DNA from: Candidatus Doudnabacteria bacterium
GTDB lineage: Bacteria > Patescibacteriota > Doudnabacteria > UBA920
Length of the DNA stretch: 46,384 nucleotides
Reading direction: 5' to 3'
NCBI GenBank assembly: GCA_963768175.1
Contig: CAVYGQ010000002.1
Coordinates: 146,284-192,667, forward strand
Numbering within the stretch: the first letter of the stretch is position 1; each line of letters opens with the position of its first letter. This document shows, one piece after another, positions 16,305 to 23,929 of the stretch. The notes beneath the pieces are model-generated. The model did no database searches. It was given only the letters and a program-made list of their open reading frames with translations, and was not told where the DNA came from. Both the position numbers and the translations under genes were made by a program.

Positions 16305-17669
16305 TTGCTTAGTGTTAGATTAGGTATGGGAACACGAACCAAACATATTATTACCAATTTTGATACTCTGGCGACCTCAAGCTTAAGGCGCCAGGCTTTG
16401 GAAATTACGGAAGCCGGGTTTCGGGCCATAAATACCAAACAGGCGGTAAAAAGAACGGTTAAATATAATCCCAAAAAGCAGGTGCTGGAAGTTGGCGGCC
16501 ATGAACCACTCACCGCAAAAGGTGGTTTGGGTACATGGCATGGGAAAAAATATTTGTTGAACGGTTTTGACCGGGTAATCTGCATTGGTTTTGGCAAGGC
16601 CGCTTTTAACGCGGTTTTAGAGCTGCAAAATATCCTTGGCGACAAAATAAAATGCGGGTTCGTGATAGATTTAAAACAGGGGTCTTTGGGCAATATTACC
16701 TGTAGGGTCGGTACGCATCCGTATCCGACAAAAATAAATATTGACGCCACCACAGAGCTGGTGGCCATGGTTTCGGACTGTACGGAAAAAGATTTGGTGT
16801 TGTGCGTAGTCAGCGGAGGCGGCAGCGCGCTTTTGTGCAGTCCCCACCAAATGAGCTGCGAGCAGGAAGTTTCTATTATTGCCGCGCTTACCGCCAAAGG
16901 CGCCAGCATTGGGGAATTAAACACCGTGCGAAAACATATCAGCAACGTCAAGGGCGGCAACTTGGCAAAAATAATGTATCCAGCCAGCGTGATAAGCTTA
17001 ATTTTCAGCGATGTGCCCGGAGACGACCTAAGCACGGTAGCTTCGGGGCCGACGGTGCCGGATGATACTTTTATGAAAGACGCCGCGGCGGTGCTGAAGA
17101 AATACAACGTGCTGGAGGCTTGCCACATGCCGTCCTGCCAGCTGGCTGAAACCCCTAAAGAGCCAAAATATTTTGAAAAAGTGCAAAATATTTTGGCGGT
17201 TTCGCCCAAGCAGGCTCTGGCGGCATTAAAGGATAGGGCGGAGGATTTAGGTTTTGACGTAAAAATATTTTCCACCCAGTTCCAAGGGCAGGCGCGGGAG
17301 CTGGGCCCAAAGATCATCGCGGCAAGCCAAAAGCGCCAGGCCTTAATAGGCGCGGGGGAGAGCACGGTTAAAATTATAGGCCAAGGCAAGGGCGGAAGGA
17401 ACCAGGAAATGGCGCTGGCGGCCTTGCCGTTTGTGGCCGAAAACCAGGTTTTGGTTTGCGCCGCTTCCGACGGCCACGACAACACGGACGCGACCGGGGC
17501 GATTGTGGATTTATCCACGCAAATTAAGGCCAAAAGCTTAGGCCTTGACGGTGAAGGCTATTTGCAAAATAACGACAGCTATAATTTTTTAGAAGCCACT
17601 GGCGATTTGCTGTTGACCGGCCCAACCGAAGCCAACGTGTCGGACTTTTTTGTTTGCCTGAAACAGTGA
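16305..17669 (+). CDS. Glycerate 2-kinase / hydroxypyruvate reductase-like (DUF4147 + MOFRL family)
   Basis: Shows CIGFGKAA, VVSGGGSALL, SIGELNTVRKHISNVKGG, IFSDVPGDD and GAGESTVKIIGQGKGGRNQE. The start is TTG 16305 or ATG 16326. Confidence 0.85.
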   Translation: MLSVRLGMGTRTKHIITNFDTLATSSLRRQALEITEAGFRAINTKQAVKRTVKYNPKKQVLEVGGHEPLTAKGGLGTWHGKKYLLNGFDRVICIGFGKAAFNAVLELQNILGDKIKCGFVIDLKQGSLGNITCRVGTHPYPTKINIDATTELVAMVSDCTEKDLVLCVVSGGGSALLCSPHQMSCEQEVSIIAALTAKGASIGELNTVRKHISNVKGGNLAKIMYPASVISLIFSDVPGDDLSTVASGPTVPDDTFMKDAAAVLKKYNVLEACHMPSCQLAETPKEPKYFEKVQNILAVSPKQALAALKDRAEDLGFDVKIFSTQFQGQARELGPKIIAASQKRQALIGAGESTVKIIGQGKGGRNQEMALAALPFVAENQVLVCAASDGHDNTDATGAIVDLSTQIKAKSLGLDGEGYLQNNDSYNFLEATGDLLLTGPTEANVSDFFVCLKQ

Positions 17670-17684
17670 AATGATTGAGGACCA

Positions 17685-17724
17685 TATCATAAAATTTGAC
17701 GGTCGTGAAATTTTATGATACATT
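17685..17724 (+). promoter_or_regulatory. Promoter of regulator R2 with palindromic operator
   Basis: TTGACG (17696-17701), 17 nt, TACATT (17719-17724). Inverted arms TATCATAAAATTT (17685-17697) and AAATTTTATGATA (17708-17720). Confidence 0.6.
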
Positions 17725-17760
17725 CACGGCAACTTTATAATCCCATAATTTTGAAGCGTT

Positions 17761-18279
17761 ATGCTCGCGACTTTTATTGATTTGTTTTTAGAGGCTTTAA
17801 CCGGTGAGCCGCATATGTACCCTCGTCCCTATGAGACCATGTATCATTTTGCCCAAAGGCTGAAAAAAATGAAGCGCCGGCAGTACTGCAGTACAGTGTG
17901 GCAAATGCGAAAACAGGGGTTGATTAGAATCACAATAAAAAATAACCAAAAATTCATCCAATGCACCAAAAAGGGACAACTGGAAATTTTGTTCAAAAAA
18001 GCGGTCTTAAAGAAACCCGCCCGCTGGGACGGCAAGTGGCGGTTAGCTGTTTTTGATATTCCGGAAAGAAGCAAGGACAAACGCAGTCTGTTAAGGGGAC
18101 TTCTAAAGAAAAATGATTTTTATAAGCTGCAAGCCAGCGTATACATAAACCCGCATCCTTTGAACAGGGAAGCGGTCAGGTATCTTAAGGAAAGCGGACT
18201 GATCGATTATATCCGTTTGATTAAGGTAGAGGAGATGGATAACGATAAGGATTTAAGGAAAAGGTTTAGACTGAAATAA
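17761..18279 (+). CDS. PaaX-like transcriptional regulator R2 (paralogue of R1)
   Basis: 172 aa with QKFIQCTKKGQLEIL... WDGKWRLAVFDIPERSKDKRSLLRGLLKKNDFYKLQASVYINPHPLNREAVRYLKESGL. Confidence 0.75.
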   Translation: MLATFIDLFLEALTGEPHMYPRPYETMYHFAQRLKKMKRRQYCSTVWQMRKQGLIRITIKNNQKFIQCTKKGQLEILFKKAVLKKPARWDGKWRLAVFDIPERSKDKRSLLRGLLKKNDFYKLQASVYINPHPLNREAVRYLKESGLIDYIRLIKVEEMDNDKDLRKRFRLK

Positions 18280-18320
18280 GTATCATAGATTTTAACGGCC
18301 GTTAAAATCTATGATACATT
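18280..18320 (+). promoter_or_regulatory. 38-bp perfect palindrome (R2 operator type) doubling as the promoter of the GT-A-like gene
   Basis: GTATCATAGATTTTAACGG|CCGTTAAAATCTATGATAC (18280-18317) starts 1 nt after the R2 stop. TTAACG (18292-18297), 17 nt, TACATT (18315-18320). Confidence 0.65.
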
Positions 18321-18381
18321 GATATTTCGCAGGCCATCCGCAGGCCAGTTTAATGCATTATATTTTAAAAGCGGAAAAATT

Positions 18382-19692
18382 ATGGCATCTGATTACATCC
18401 AAACTTATTTGTATTCGGTTTTAAAAGGGCAGGAAAGCTCGCTTATTGCCGAGCCGATGGAAAAGCAATGCCGCGTGGCGGTTTTGGCGCCGGTTTATGA
18501 AGAAAATTTTGAGGTGATTTTACAACTGCTTGATTCTTTGGCCAAACAGAAAAACATCAAGCCCAAAGAATTTGAAATGGTTTTGATTATTAACAACAGC
18601 AAAAAAGAGGCGGAAAATAAAACCCACGTTTTTAAAACCAATCAAAGCGCCATAAAACTAATCAAGTTTATTAAAAAGCTCGGACCAGCTCCCAAAGGTT
18701 TGCAGAGGCGGCAGCTGGAAACAATCAGAAACATCCAAAGCAGCGGAATTATCATCCATTTTATAGACAAATCTTCCGCGCAAACGGCTTATGAAATAAG
18801 CAATGTGGGCGTTGCCAGAAACCGCGGCGGCGCGGAAATCTGCCAAAGGTTTTTGTCGGTACCGGCCGGGGAAAAGGGGATTATTATGAACACCGACTGC
18901 GACTGCGCGCTTTCCCCGAATTTTATTAACGGGTTAAAAAATACGTTTGACCAATACAACGTTATTGCCGCTTTAGGGGATTTAAAGTTTGTTCCCGATC
19001 CCGCCTTTCCCGACCAGCGCCTGCTGAAGCAAGTGACCAAAGTCTGCGGCGGCAACGATGTGCGCGGCCTGCCCAAGAGCTTTTTGGTCAAGGGCAAAAA
19101 AGTTTATTTTGAAAAGAAAGACAAAATCAACCTTAGCCTGCTAAACAGCGGCCAGAATATTGCGGTGTTGGCCAAGACGCTGGCGCTGGCCGGAGGCTTT
19201 CCGCTTTATCCGACTTATGAAGATACGGCTTTCGGCCGGAGAGTTTCCCAATTGCCGGGCGAAGTGGCAAAGAACCTTAACCTTATGGTTACCACCTTGG
19301 CGCGGCCGTCCGAGCGCGCGGGGGTCTCCGCGTTCGGCCGAAAGCTCAAATCTGTTTTAGCTTCCATTGAGGAGTTCCGGCAGGGCCGGGCGAAAAAAAT
19401 TTATGTTTTTCACAAGCGCGAGACGGAAAAATTTTTGTATTACGCTTCGCGGTTGGCCAGGCAGGGGCAATTGGACGAGAAATGGCTGGAAGATTTATTG
19501 AAGGCTTTCCATTTTCGCCGCAAAGGGCTAACTGATGAACATTTAAAGGAAATTGTTGAGGTATTTAACCGCGAGTTTAAGCTGTTAGACAGCCAGCATA
19601 ATTTTGTCGGCATAAACGATATAATTGCTAAACATCTTTACCATCGGTTTCCCCAAAAAGACATTACCGCCAAATTTAAGGATGTTCTGTAG
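18382..19692 (+). CDS. GT-A fold (family 2-like) glycosyltransferase, tentative
   Basis: VAVLAPVYEENFEVILQLLDSLAKQ...MVLIINNS resembles the GT2 N-terminus, and NTDCDC is a DxD-like motif. ATG 18382 is preferred because the TTG at 18319 lies inside the palindrome/promoter. Confidence 0.5.
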   Translation: MASDYIQTYLYSVLKGQESSLIAEPMEKQCRVAVLAPVYEENFEVILQLLDSLAKQKNIKPKEFEMVLIINNSKKEAENKTHVFKTNQSAIKLIKFIKKLGPAPKGLQRRQLETIRNIQSSGIIIHFIDKSSAQTAYEISNVGVARNRGGAEICQRFLSVPAGEKGIIMNTDCDCALSPNFINGLKNTFDQYNVIAALGDLKFVPDPAFPDQRLLKQVTKVCGGNDVRGLPKSFLVKGKKVYFEKKDKINLSLLNSGQNIAVLAKTLALAGGFPLYPTYEDTAFGRRVSQLPGEVAKNLNLMVTTLARPSERAGVSAFGRKLKSVLASIEEFRQGRAKKIYVFHKRETEKFLYYASRLARQGQLDEKWLEDLLKAFHFRRKGLTDEHLKEIVEVFNREFKLLDSQHNFVGINDIIAKHLYHRFPQKDITAKFKDVL

Positions 19693-19800
19693 GCCTTTGT
19701 TTTTTGCGTGTAAAAACGCTTTGTTGCTAATCGCAACAGCTTACTGCCCTTGGCGTCATCCTTAAATCTTGAATCAGGTTCGGGGCAACAAAGGAGCATG

Positions 19801-19841
19801 GTATCATAGATTTTAACGGCCGTTAAAATCTATGATACGAT
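19801..19841 (+). promoter_or_regulatory. Third copy of the R2-type palindrome (38/38 identical to 18280-18317)
   Basis: Read directly. TTAACG (19813-19818), 17 nt, TACGAT (19836-19841). It lies between the GT-A-like gene and the Pro-rich surface protein gene. Confidence 0.6.
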
Positions 19842-19881
19842 ACCACGGAAACGGCCTCAATAGAATAATACGGCTAAAAGT

Positions 19882-19932
19882 GAGATTTTTTCCCTTTGGC
19901 TCCGCCTAGGGCCGGGATGACGCCGAGAGCGG
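19882..19932 (+). repeat. Solitary diverged copy of the 52-bp repeat unit found at 31949-32149
   Basis: gagattttttccctttggctccgcctagggccgggatgacgccgagagcgg compared with gagattcttccccttcgctccgctcagggtcagaatgacgccgag. Confidence 0.5.
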
Positions 19933-19954
19933 GGGGAAGAAAAATAATTTCAGT

Positions 19955-19982
19955 TTGACTATTTGGCCAAATATGCTTTAAT
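19955..19982 (+). promoter_or_regulatory. Promoter of the 20014 gene with a GGCC-centred palindrome in its spacer
   Basis: TTGACT (19955-19960), 16 nt, TTTAAT (19977-19982). The spacer begins with the perfect palindrome ATTTGG|CCAAAT (19961-19972). Confidence 0.45.
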
Positions 19983-20013
19983 TAAGGTATAGATTAATAT
20001 TTAAAGGACAAAA

Positions 20014-20709
20014 ATGTCTAACAAAAAAGGCAATAAATTTCACGAAAGGCATAATATGGAAAAAGCCACCATAAAACGCGTCAAGCGCAACAAAAAGCAC
20101 ATTTCAACCAAAGAAAAGATTATAGCCGGAGTGGGGGTTGGTTCTACTCTTTTAGGCGGCGGCATTGGGGTAGGAGGGGCAAAACCCTCTCCGTCGCAGG
20201 CAATGGTAAGCACCCAAAAAGATTCCAGTAACAACACAGCCGGCAAAATTAAAGATTTTCTAAAAAAGACTTTCGGCGTTCCCAAAGCCAAAGCCTTTAT
20301 GGACACCTCGGGGGTGTCGTCCTCTACCGGGGTTGATTTTGGTCAGATGTCAGGGAGTGCTGGGACTGGCATGTTGGGTTCATTTGAGGCGACAGGAGGC
20401 CCTTCAAACCCGGTTGTTTATTATGATTCCGGACAGCCAGCTCCCACTTCAGACACCCCACCCGCTGACACCCCACCCGCTGACACCCCACCCGTCGTCG
20501 TCAGTCTTCCCCCGGGCGTTCCTCCTGATTCTACGCTCAACCCCGATGACACTACTTGGACCGACCCAAAAACCGGGATTGTTTATGGGCCAGGCTCTGC
20601 TCCTGGTGATTATTTTGTTCCCGTGGATAACACCCCACCCGTTGACACCCCACCCACCGCTCCACCATCTGACCTTCCAGGTAATTTGATTGCGGTTTGC
20701 AAAATTTAA
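20014..20709 (+). CDS. N-terminally anchored Pro-rich surface protein (paralogue of the 23930 gene N-terminus)
   Basis: IKRVKRNKKHISTKEKIIAGVGVGSTLLGG matches IKRVKRGKKEITTKEKVLAGLGLGATLLGG of the 23930 protein. It carries TPPAD x3 repeats. Confidence 0.65.
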   Translation: MSNKKGNKFHERHNMEKATIKRVKRNKKHISTKEKIIAGVGVGSTLLGGGIGVGGAKPSPSQAMVSTQKDSSNNTAGKIKDFLKKTFGVPKAKAFMDTSGVSSSTGVDFGQMSGSAGTGMLGSFEATGGPSNPVVYYDSGQPAPTSDTPPADTPPADTPPVVVSLPPGVPPDSTLNPDDTTWTDPKTGIVYGPGSAPGDYFVPVDNTPPVDTPPTAPPSDLPGNLIAVCKI

Positions 20710-21695
20710 ATCCTCCTTCAGGATTAGGGCCAAATAGTACTTGGGAAGAGGTTGTATCACTAGTTGGTGCTGATAACGGAACAATATCACCAGACGGCAA
20801 TTCCGTATCCTATATTGATGAAAATGGTGACGAGATTATTTATACTAGGCAGGAGTGGGAGAGTGGTTTATATCCTGGGCAAACCCCATTCGGCGCTCCA
20901 CCCGCCCTACCCACCCCACCCACCGCCCCACCCGTTGTCAATCTGCCACCAACTGTCATACCACCCGTCGCCCCACCCGTTGTCAATCTGCCACCAACTG
21001 TCATACCACCCGTCGCCCCACCCGCCACCCCACCACCTGATGTCAACCTGCCCGGTAACCCACCGCCGGTAACTGACGGATCTAATGTGCAATCTGGTGT
21101 AACTGTTGGGAGTGTTCTTGCCGGTATAACCCCAATTGATACAAATAATGTTGTCCCTCCACCTGTTGTCCCTCCAGCTCCCATTCCCCTTCCTAAGCCA
21201 ACCGAGCCCGGGGGCGACAACACCCCTCCCGCTCCTGTAATTCTTCCTTCAGGTCTTCCTTCGCCAACCATTCCAGCAAGCGATACCCCAACCCCGGCTT
21301 CGGTTAACCCTACTACGGGCCTTCCTGTACCAACCGTTCCTGTCGATGAAGTTATCCCTCCCGTTAAAGTTGATCCACTTACGGGCCTTCCTGTACCAAC
21401 CGTTCCTGGGGACGACAGCCCGCCAACGATTTATCCGCCAGCTAAAACTCCGTCAAGCGGCGTATTAGGCGTAGTAAAAGCCGGTGAGGGCGTCTTGCAC
21501 AAACTTACAGGACGCGATGTTACTTCCCCTGCCAAAGCAGACGGCTCAACCCCGTCCAGCGGGTCGCCGTCTTCTCCCAGTGGCACGCCCAAAGCCCGCA
21601 CCCCCCAAATTCGCGGTTCAGGGTCAGGTTCCGGCGCAAAAACACCTAAAGTCAACCCCCGCGGGGGATCGGGCAAAATGACACCCCGCGAATAA
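20697..21695 (+). CDS. Pro-rich repeat protein, probably the frameshifted continuation of 20014..20709
   Basis: No signal or anchor of its own. It repeats the module (Pro-rich, then LNP..STW) seen in the upstream ORF. A 45-bp unit occurs twice (PPVVNLPPTVIPPVA). The ORFs overlap by 13 nt around the T-run at 20695-20697. Confidence 0.55.
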   Translation: MQNLNPPSGLGPNSTWEEVVSLVGADNGTISPDGNSVSYIDENGDEIIYTRQEWESGLYPGQTPFGAPPALPTPPTAPPVVNLPPTVIPPVAPPVVNLPPTVIPPVAPPATPPPDVNLPGNPPPVTDGSNVQSGVTVGSVLAGITPIDTNNVVPPPVVPPAPIPLPKPTEPGGDNTPPAPVILPSGLPSPTIPASDTPTPASVNPTTGLPVPTVPVDEVIPPVKVDPLTGLPVPTVPGDDSPPTIYPPAKTPSSGVLGVVKAGEGVLHKLTGRDVTSPAKADGSTPSSGSPSSPSGTPKARTPQIRGSGSGSGAKTPKVNPRGGSGKMTPRE

Positions 21696-21757
21696 TATCT
21701 ATAATTCGGTACGGCCTTATTGATGCTTGGTTATTAAGCTTGTGATATAATTGCCTT

Positions 21758-22078
21758 ATGGACAGAGCTGAAATGGAAAAACAAATTCAAGAAACAGCCG
21801 ACAGCATTGCCGGTGAATTTAAGCCGGAAAAAATTATTTTGTTCGGTTCTTGGGCATGGGGAAAGCCCGGTCCGGACAGCGATGTAGATTTGTTTGTAGT
21901 GAAGGACGCGGAAAATACCCGCCGTCTCGCGGGGGACATTAGGGGTTTTTTGTGGAAATCCAAAATGCCTATAGATATTATAGTTTGCAAGCCGGAGAAC
22001 ATTGATAAGAGTTTGAGCAAGGGCAATTTCTTTATCAGAAATATAGTATCCCAAGGAAAAATTCTGTATGAGCGATAA
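21758..22078 (+). CDS. Nucleotidyltransferase-domain protein (MNT-type antitoxin)
   Basis: Shows ILFGSWAWGKPGPDSDVDLFVV, the GS-x(n)-D-x-D minimal NTase motif. Confidence 0.8.
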   Translation: MDRAEMEKQIQETADSIAGEFKPEKIILFGSWAWGKPGPDSDVDLFVVKDAENTRRLAGDIRGFLWKSKMPIDIIVCKPENIDKSLSKGNFFIRNIVSQGKILYER

Positions 22079-22451
22079 TTCTTTTTATAAAGATTGGCTC
22101 AAAAAAGCTTCGGAAGACGAATTGTCTTTGAAAGCGGTTTTGGCGGAAGGCGCGCCCAGTACCGCCTGTTTTTTGGCCCAGCAGATGGCCGAAAAGCTCC
22201 TTAAAGCTCTGCTGGTTTATGGCGGCCGCGAATTTCCAAAAATCCACGACTTGGTAAAATTGGGCGAACTGGCGCAGGCTCTATACCCCGACGTGGTTGA
22301 ATTAAAGAAGGATTTGCAAACATTAAGCCAGTTTTATGTTGAGACCCGCTATCCGGCGGATAGCCCGGAGTTTACTGCCGGCGAAGCGCGGGAAGCTTTT
22401 GACATGGCGCAAAGGGTCAAGCTGTATGTAAATTCAAAAATCCCAACCTAA
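22068..22451 (+). CDS. HEPN-domain protein (toxin partner of MNT)
   Basis: Shows AQQMAEKLLKALL...KIHDLVKL...YVETRYP, a HEPN (PF05168-like) pattern. It overlaps the MNT gene by 11 nt. Confidence 0.8.
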   Translation: MSDNSFYKDWLKKASEDELSLKAVLAEGAPSTACFLAQQMAEKLLKALLVYGGREFPKIHDLVKLGELAQALYPDVVELKKDLQTLSQFYVETRYPADSPEFTAGEAREAFDMAQRVKLYVNSKIPT

Positions 22452-23456
22452 ATGAAAATCGCGTTTTACGAAACCGAAGAATGGGAAGAGGCTTATTTAA
22501 GGGAAAGACTTAAGGGTTTTGAGACGGAATTTTTTGCCACGGGCTTAAGCGAAATGGATTTGCCCCCGCAAAGCGGCGCGGAAATTTTGTCCATATTTGT
22601 GGGCAGCCAAATAACGCCAAAAGTTTTGGAAAGTTTTCCGAACCTCAAATTCATCGCCACGCGCTCCACGGGATACGACCATATTAATCTGGAAGCCTGC
22701 AAGCAAAAAAATGTCGCGGTCAGCTACGTGCCGACTTATGGGGAAAACACGGTGGCCGAACACGCCTTTGCGCTGCTGCTTGCTCTTTCGCACAAGTTGT
22801 ATCCGGCTATTAGGCGCGTTAAGCAGGAAGCTCTGTTTAGTTACGAAGGCCTGCAGGGTTTTGACTTAAAAGGCCGGACCATCGGTATAATCGGCACCGG
22901 CCACATTGGCACTTACGTGGTAAAAATTGCGCACGGCTTTGGCATGAATATTTTGGCTTATGACCCGCATCCCAACCAGCAGCTGGCCAAGGAATTTAAT
23001 TTTCAATACGCCGGTTTGGAAGATCTTTTAAAGCAATCGGACGTGGTAACGCTTCATGTGCCGTATATGCCGGCCACGCACCACATTATAAATAAAGACA
23101 ACCTCAAGCTTTTTAAACAGGGGAGCGTGCTCATTAATACGGCGCGCGGCGGATTGGTAGACAGCCAGGCTTTGGTTATGGCGTTAAAGAACGGCCAATT
23201 GGCCGGAGCCGGTTTGGATGTTTTGGAAGAAGAAGGCTTTATTAAAGACGAGCTGGAAATGTTAAGCGGCGGCCATCCCAGCGAGCTAGAGCTTAAGACC
23301 GCTCTGGTTGACCACGAGCTGATGCACATGGACAATGTTTTAATTACCCCACATAACGCCTTTAACACCAAAGAAGCGATGCAGAGGATTTTGGACACAA
23401 CGGTGGAAAATATTAAAGGTTTTGCCGAAGGAAAGCTAATTAATTTAGTAAGATGA
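22452..23456 (+). CDS. D-isomer-specific 2-hydroxyacid dehydrogenase (D-lactate/hydroxypyruvate reductase-like)
   Basis: Shows GIIGTGHIGTYV (NAD binding), INTARGGLVD and ITPHNAF (catalytic R/H). It starts immediately after the HEPN stop. Confidence 0.85.
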   Translation: MKIAFYETEEWEEAYLRERLKGFETEFFATGLSEMDLPPQSGAEILSIFVGSQITPKVLESFPNLKFIATRSTGYDHINLEACKQKNVAVSYVPTYGENTVAEHAFALLLALSHKLYPAIRRVKQEALFSYEGLQGFDLKGRTIGIIGTGHIGTYVVKIAHGFGMNILAYDPHPNQQLAKEFNFQYAGLEDLLKQSDVVTLHVPYMPATHHIINKDNLKLFKQGSVLINTARGGLVDSQALVMALKNGQLAGAGLDVLEEEGFIKDELEMLSGGHPSELELKTALVDHELMHMDNVLITPHNAFNTKEAMQRILDTTVENIKGFAEGKLINLVR

Positions 23457-23469
23457 TACCGATATACTG

Positions 23470-23904
23470 ATGCATACAGATGATACTGATAATGCGGATA
23501 CCGGAAAACAAGGGTTAATGTATGAAGACCTGACTTTTATTATTAGAGGCGTTTTGTATTCAACTCACAACGAATTAAGATGTTACGCCAGAGAAAAACA
23601 GTATGGCGACGTTGCCGAAAGAATTTTTAAGGAGAAAAATATTCCTTATAAAAGAGAAGTAAGGATTGGCGATTCAGGAAATACGTTGGACTTCGTTGTT
23701 GACGATAAGGTATTGCTTGAGTTTAAAGCTAAGCGTATTATTACTAAAGAAGACTATTTTCAGACTCAAAGATATTTGCAGGAAACCGGTTTGCAATTGG
23801 CAATTTTGGTTAATTTTAGGGATAAATATATTAAACCCAAAAGGATTGTTCGGATAGAAAACTGGCAAAACAAGGATCAGTATTATCCGTATCATCCTCA
23901 TTAA
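23470..23904 (+). CDS. GxxExxY protein (PD-(D/E)XK-like, 23S IVS-associated family)
   Basis: Shows IIRGVLYSTHNELRCYAREKQYGDVAERIF...LDFVVDDKVLLEFKAK...LAILVNF. The likely true start is ATG 23518 (MYEDLT...). The first 16 and last ~10 codons read through the flanking word repeats. Confidence 0.7.
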   Translation: MHTDDTDNADTGKQGLMYEDLTFIIRGVLYSTHNELRCYAREKQYGDVAERIFKEKNIPYKREVRIGDSGNTLDFVVDDKVLLEFKAKRIITKEDYFQTQRYLQETGLQLAILVNFRDKYIKPKRIVRIENWQNKDQYYPYHPH

Positions 23905-23929
23905 TCCGTATATCAGTATCATAACTTTT

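Noticed and set aside
16274-17533. 419-aa minus-strand ORF, the longest ORF in this stretch after the plus-strand gene.
   Set aside because: It is antisense to the glycerate kinase gene, whose product carries clear MOFRL/DUF4147 motifs. The minus-strand product is low-complexity (Ser/Ala/Pro/Leu-rich) with no motif and no RBS.
15666-19838. Gene-bracketing palindromes considered as integron attC-like or other recombination sites.
   Set aside because: No integrase or recombinase is in the window. Each palindrome is phased precisely between -35-like and -10-like hexamers with a 17-nt spacer, which fits operators better. This is not formally excluded.
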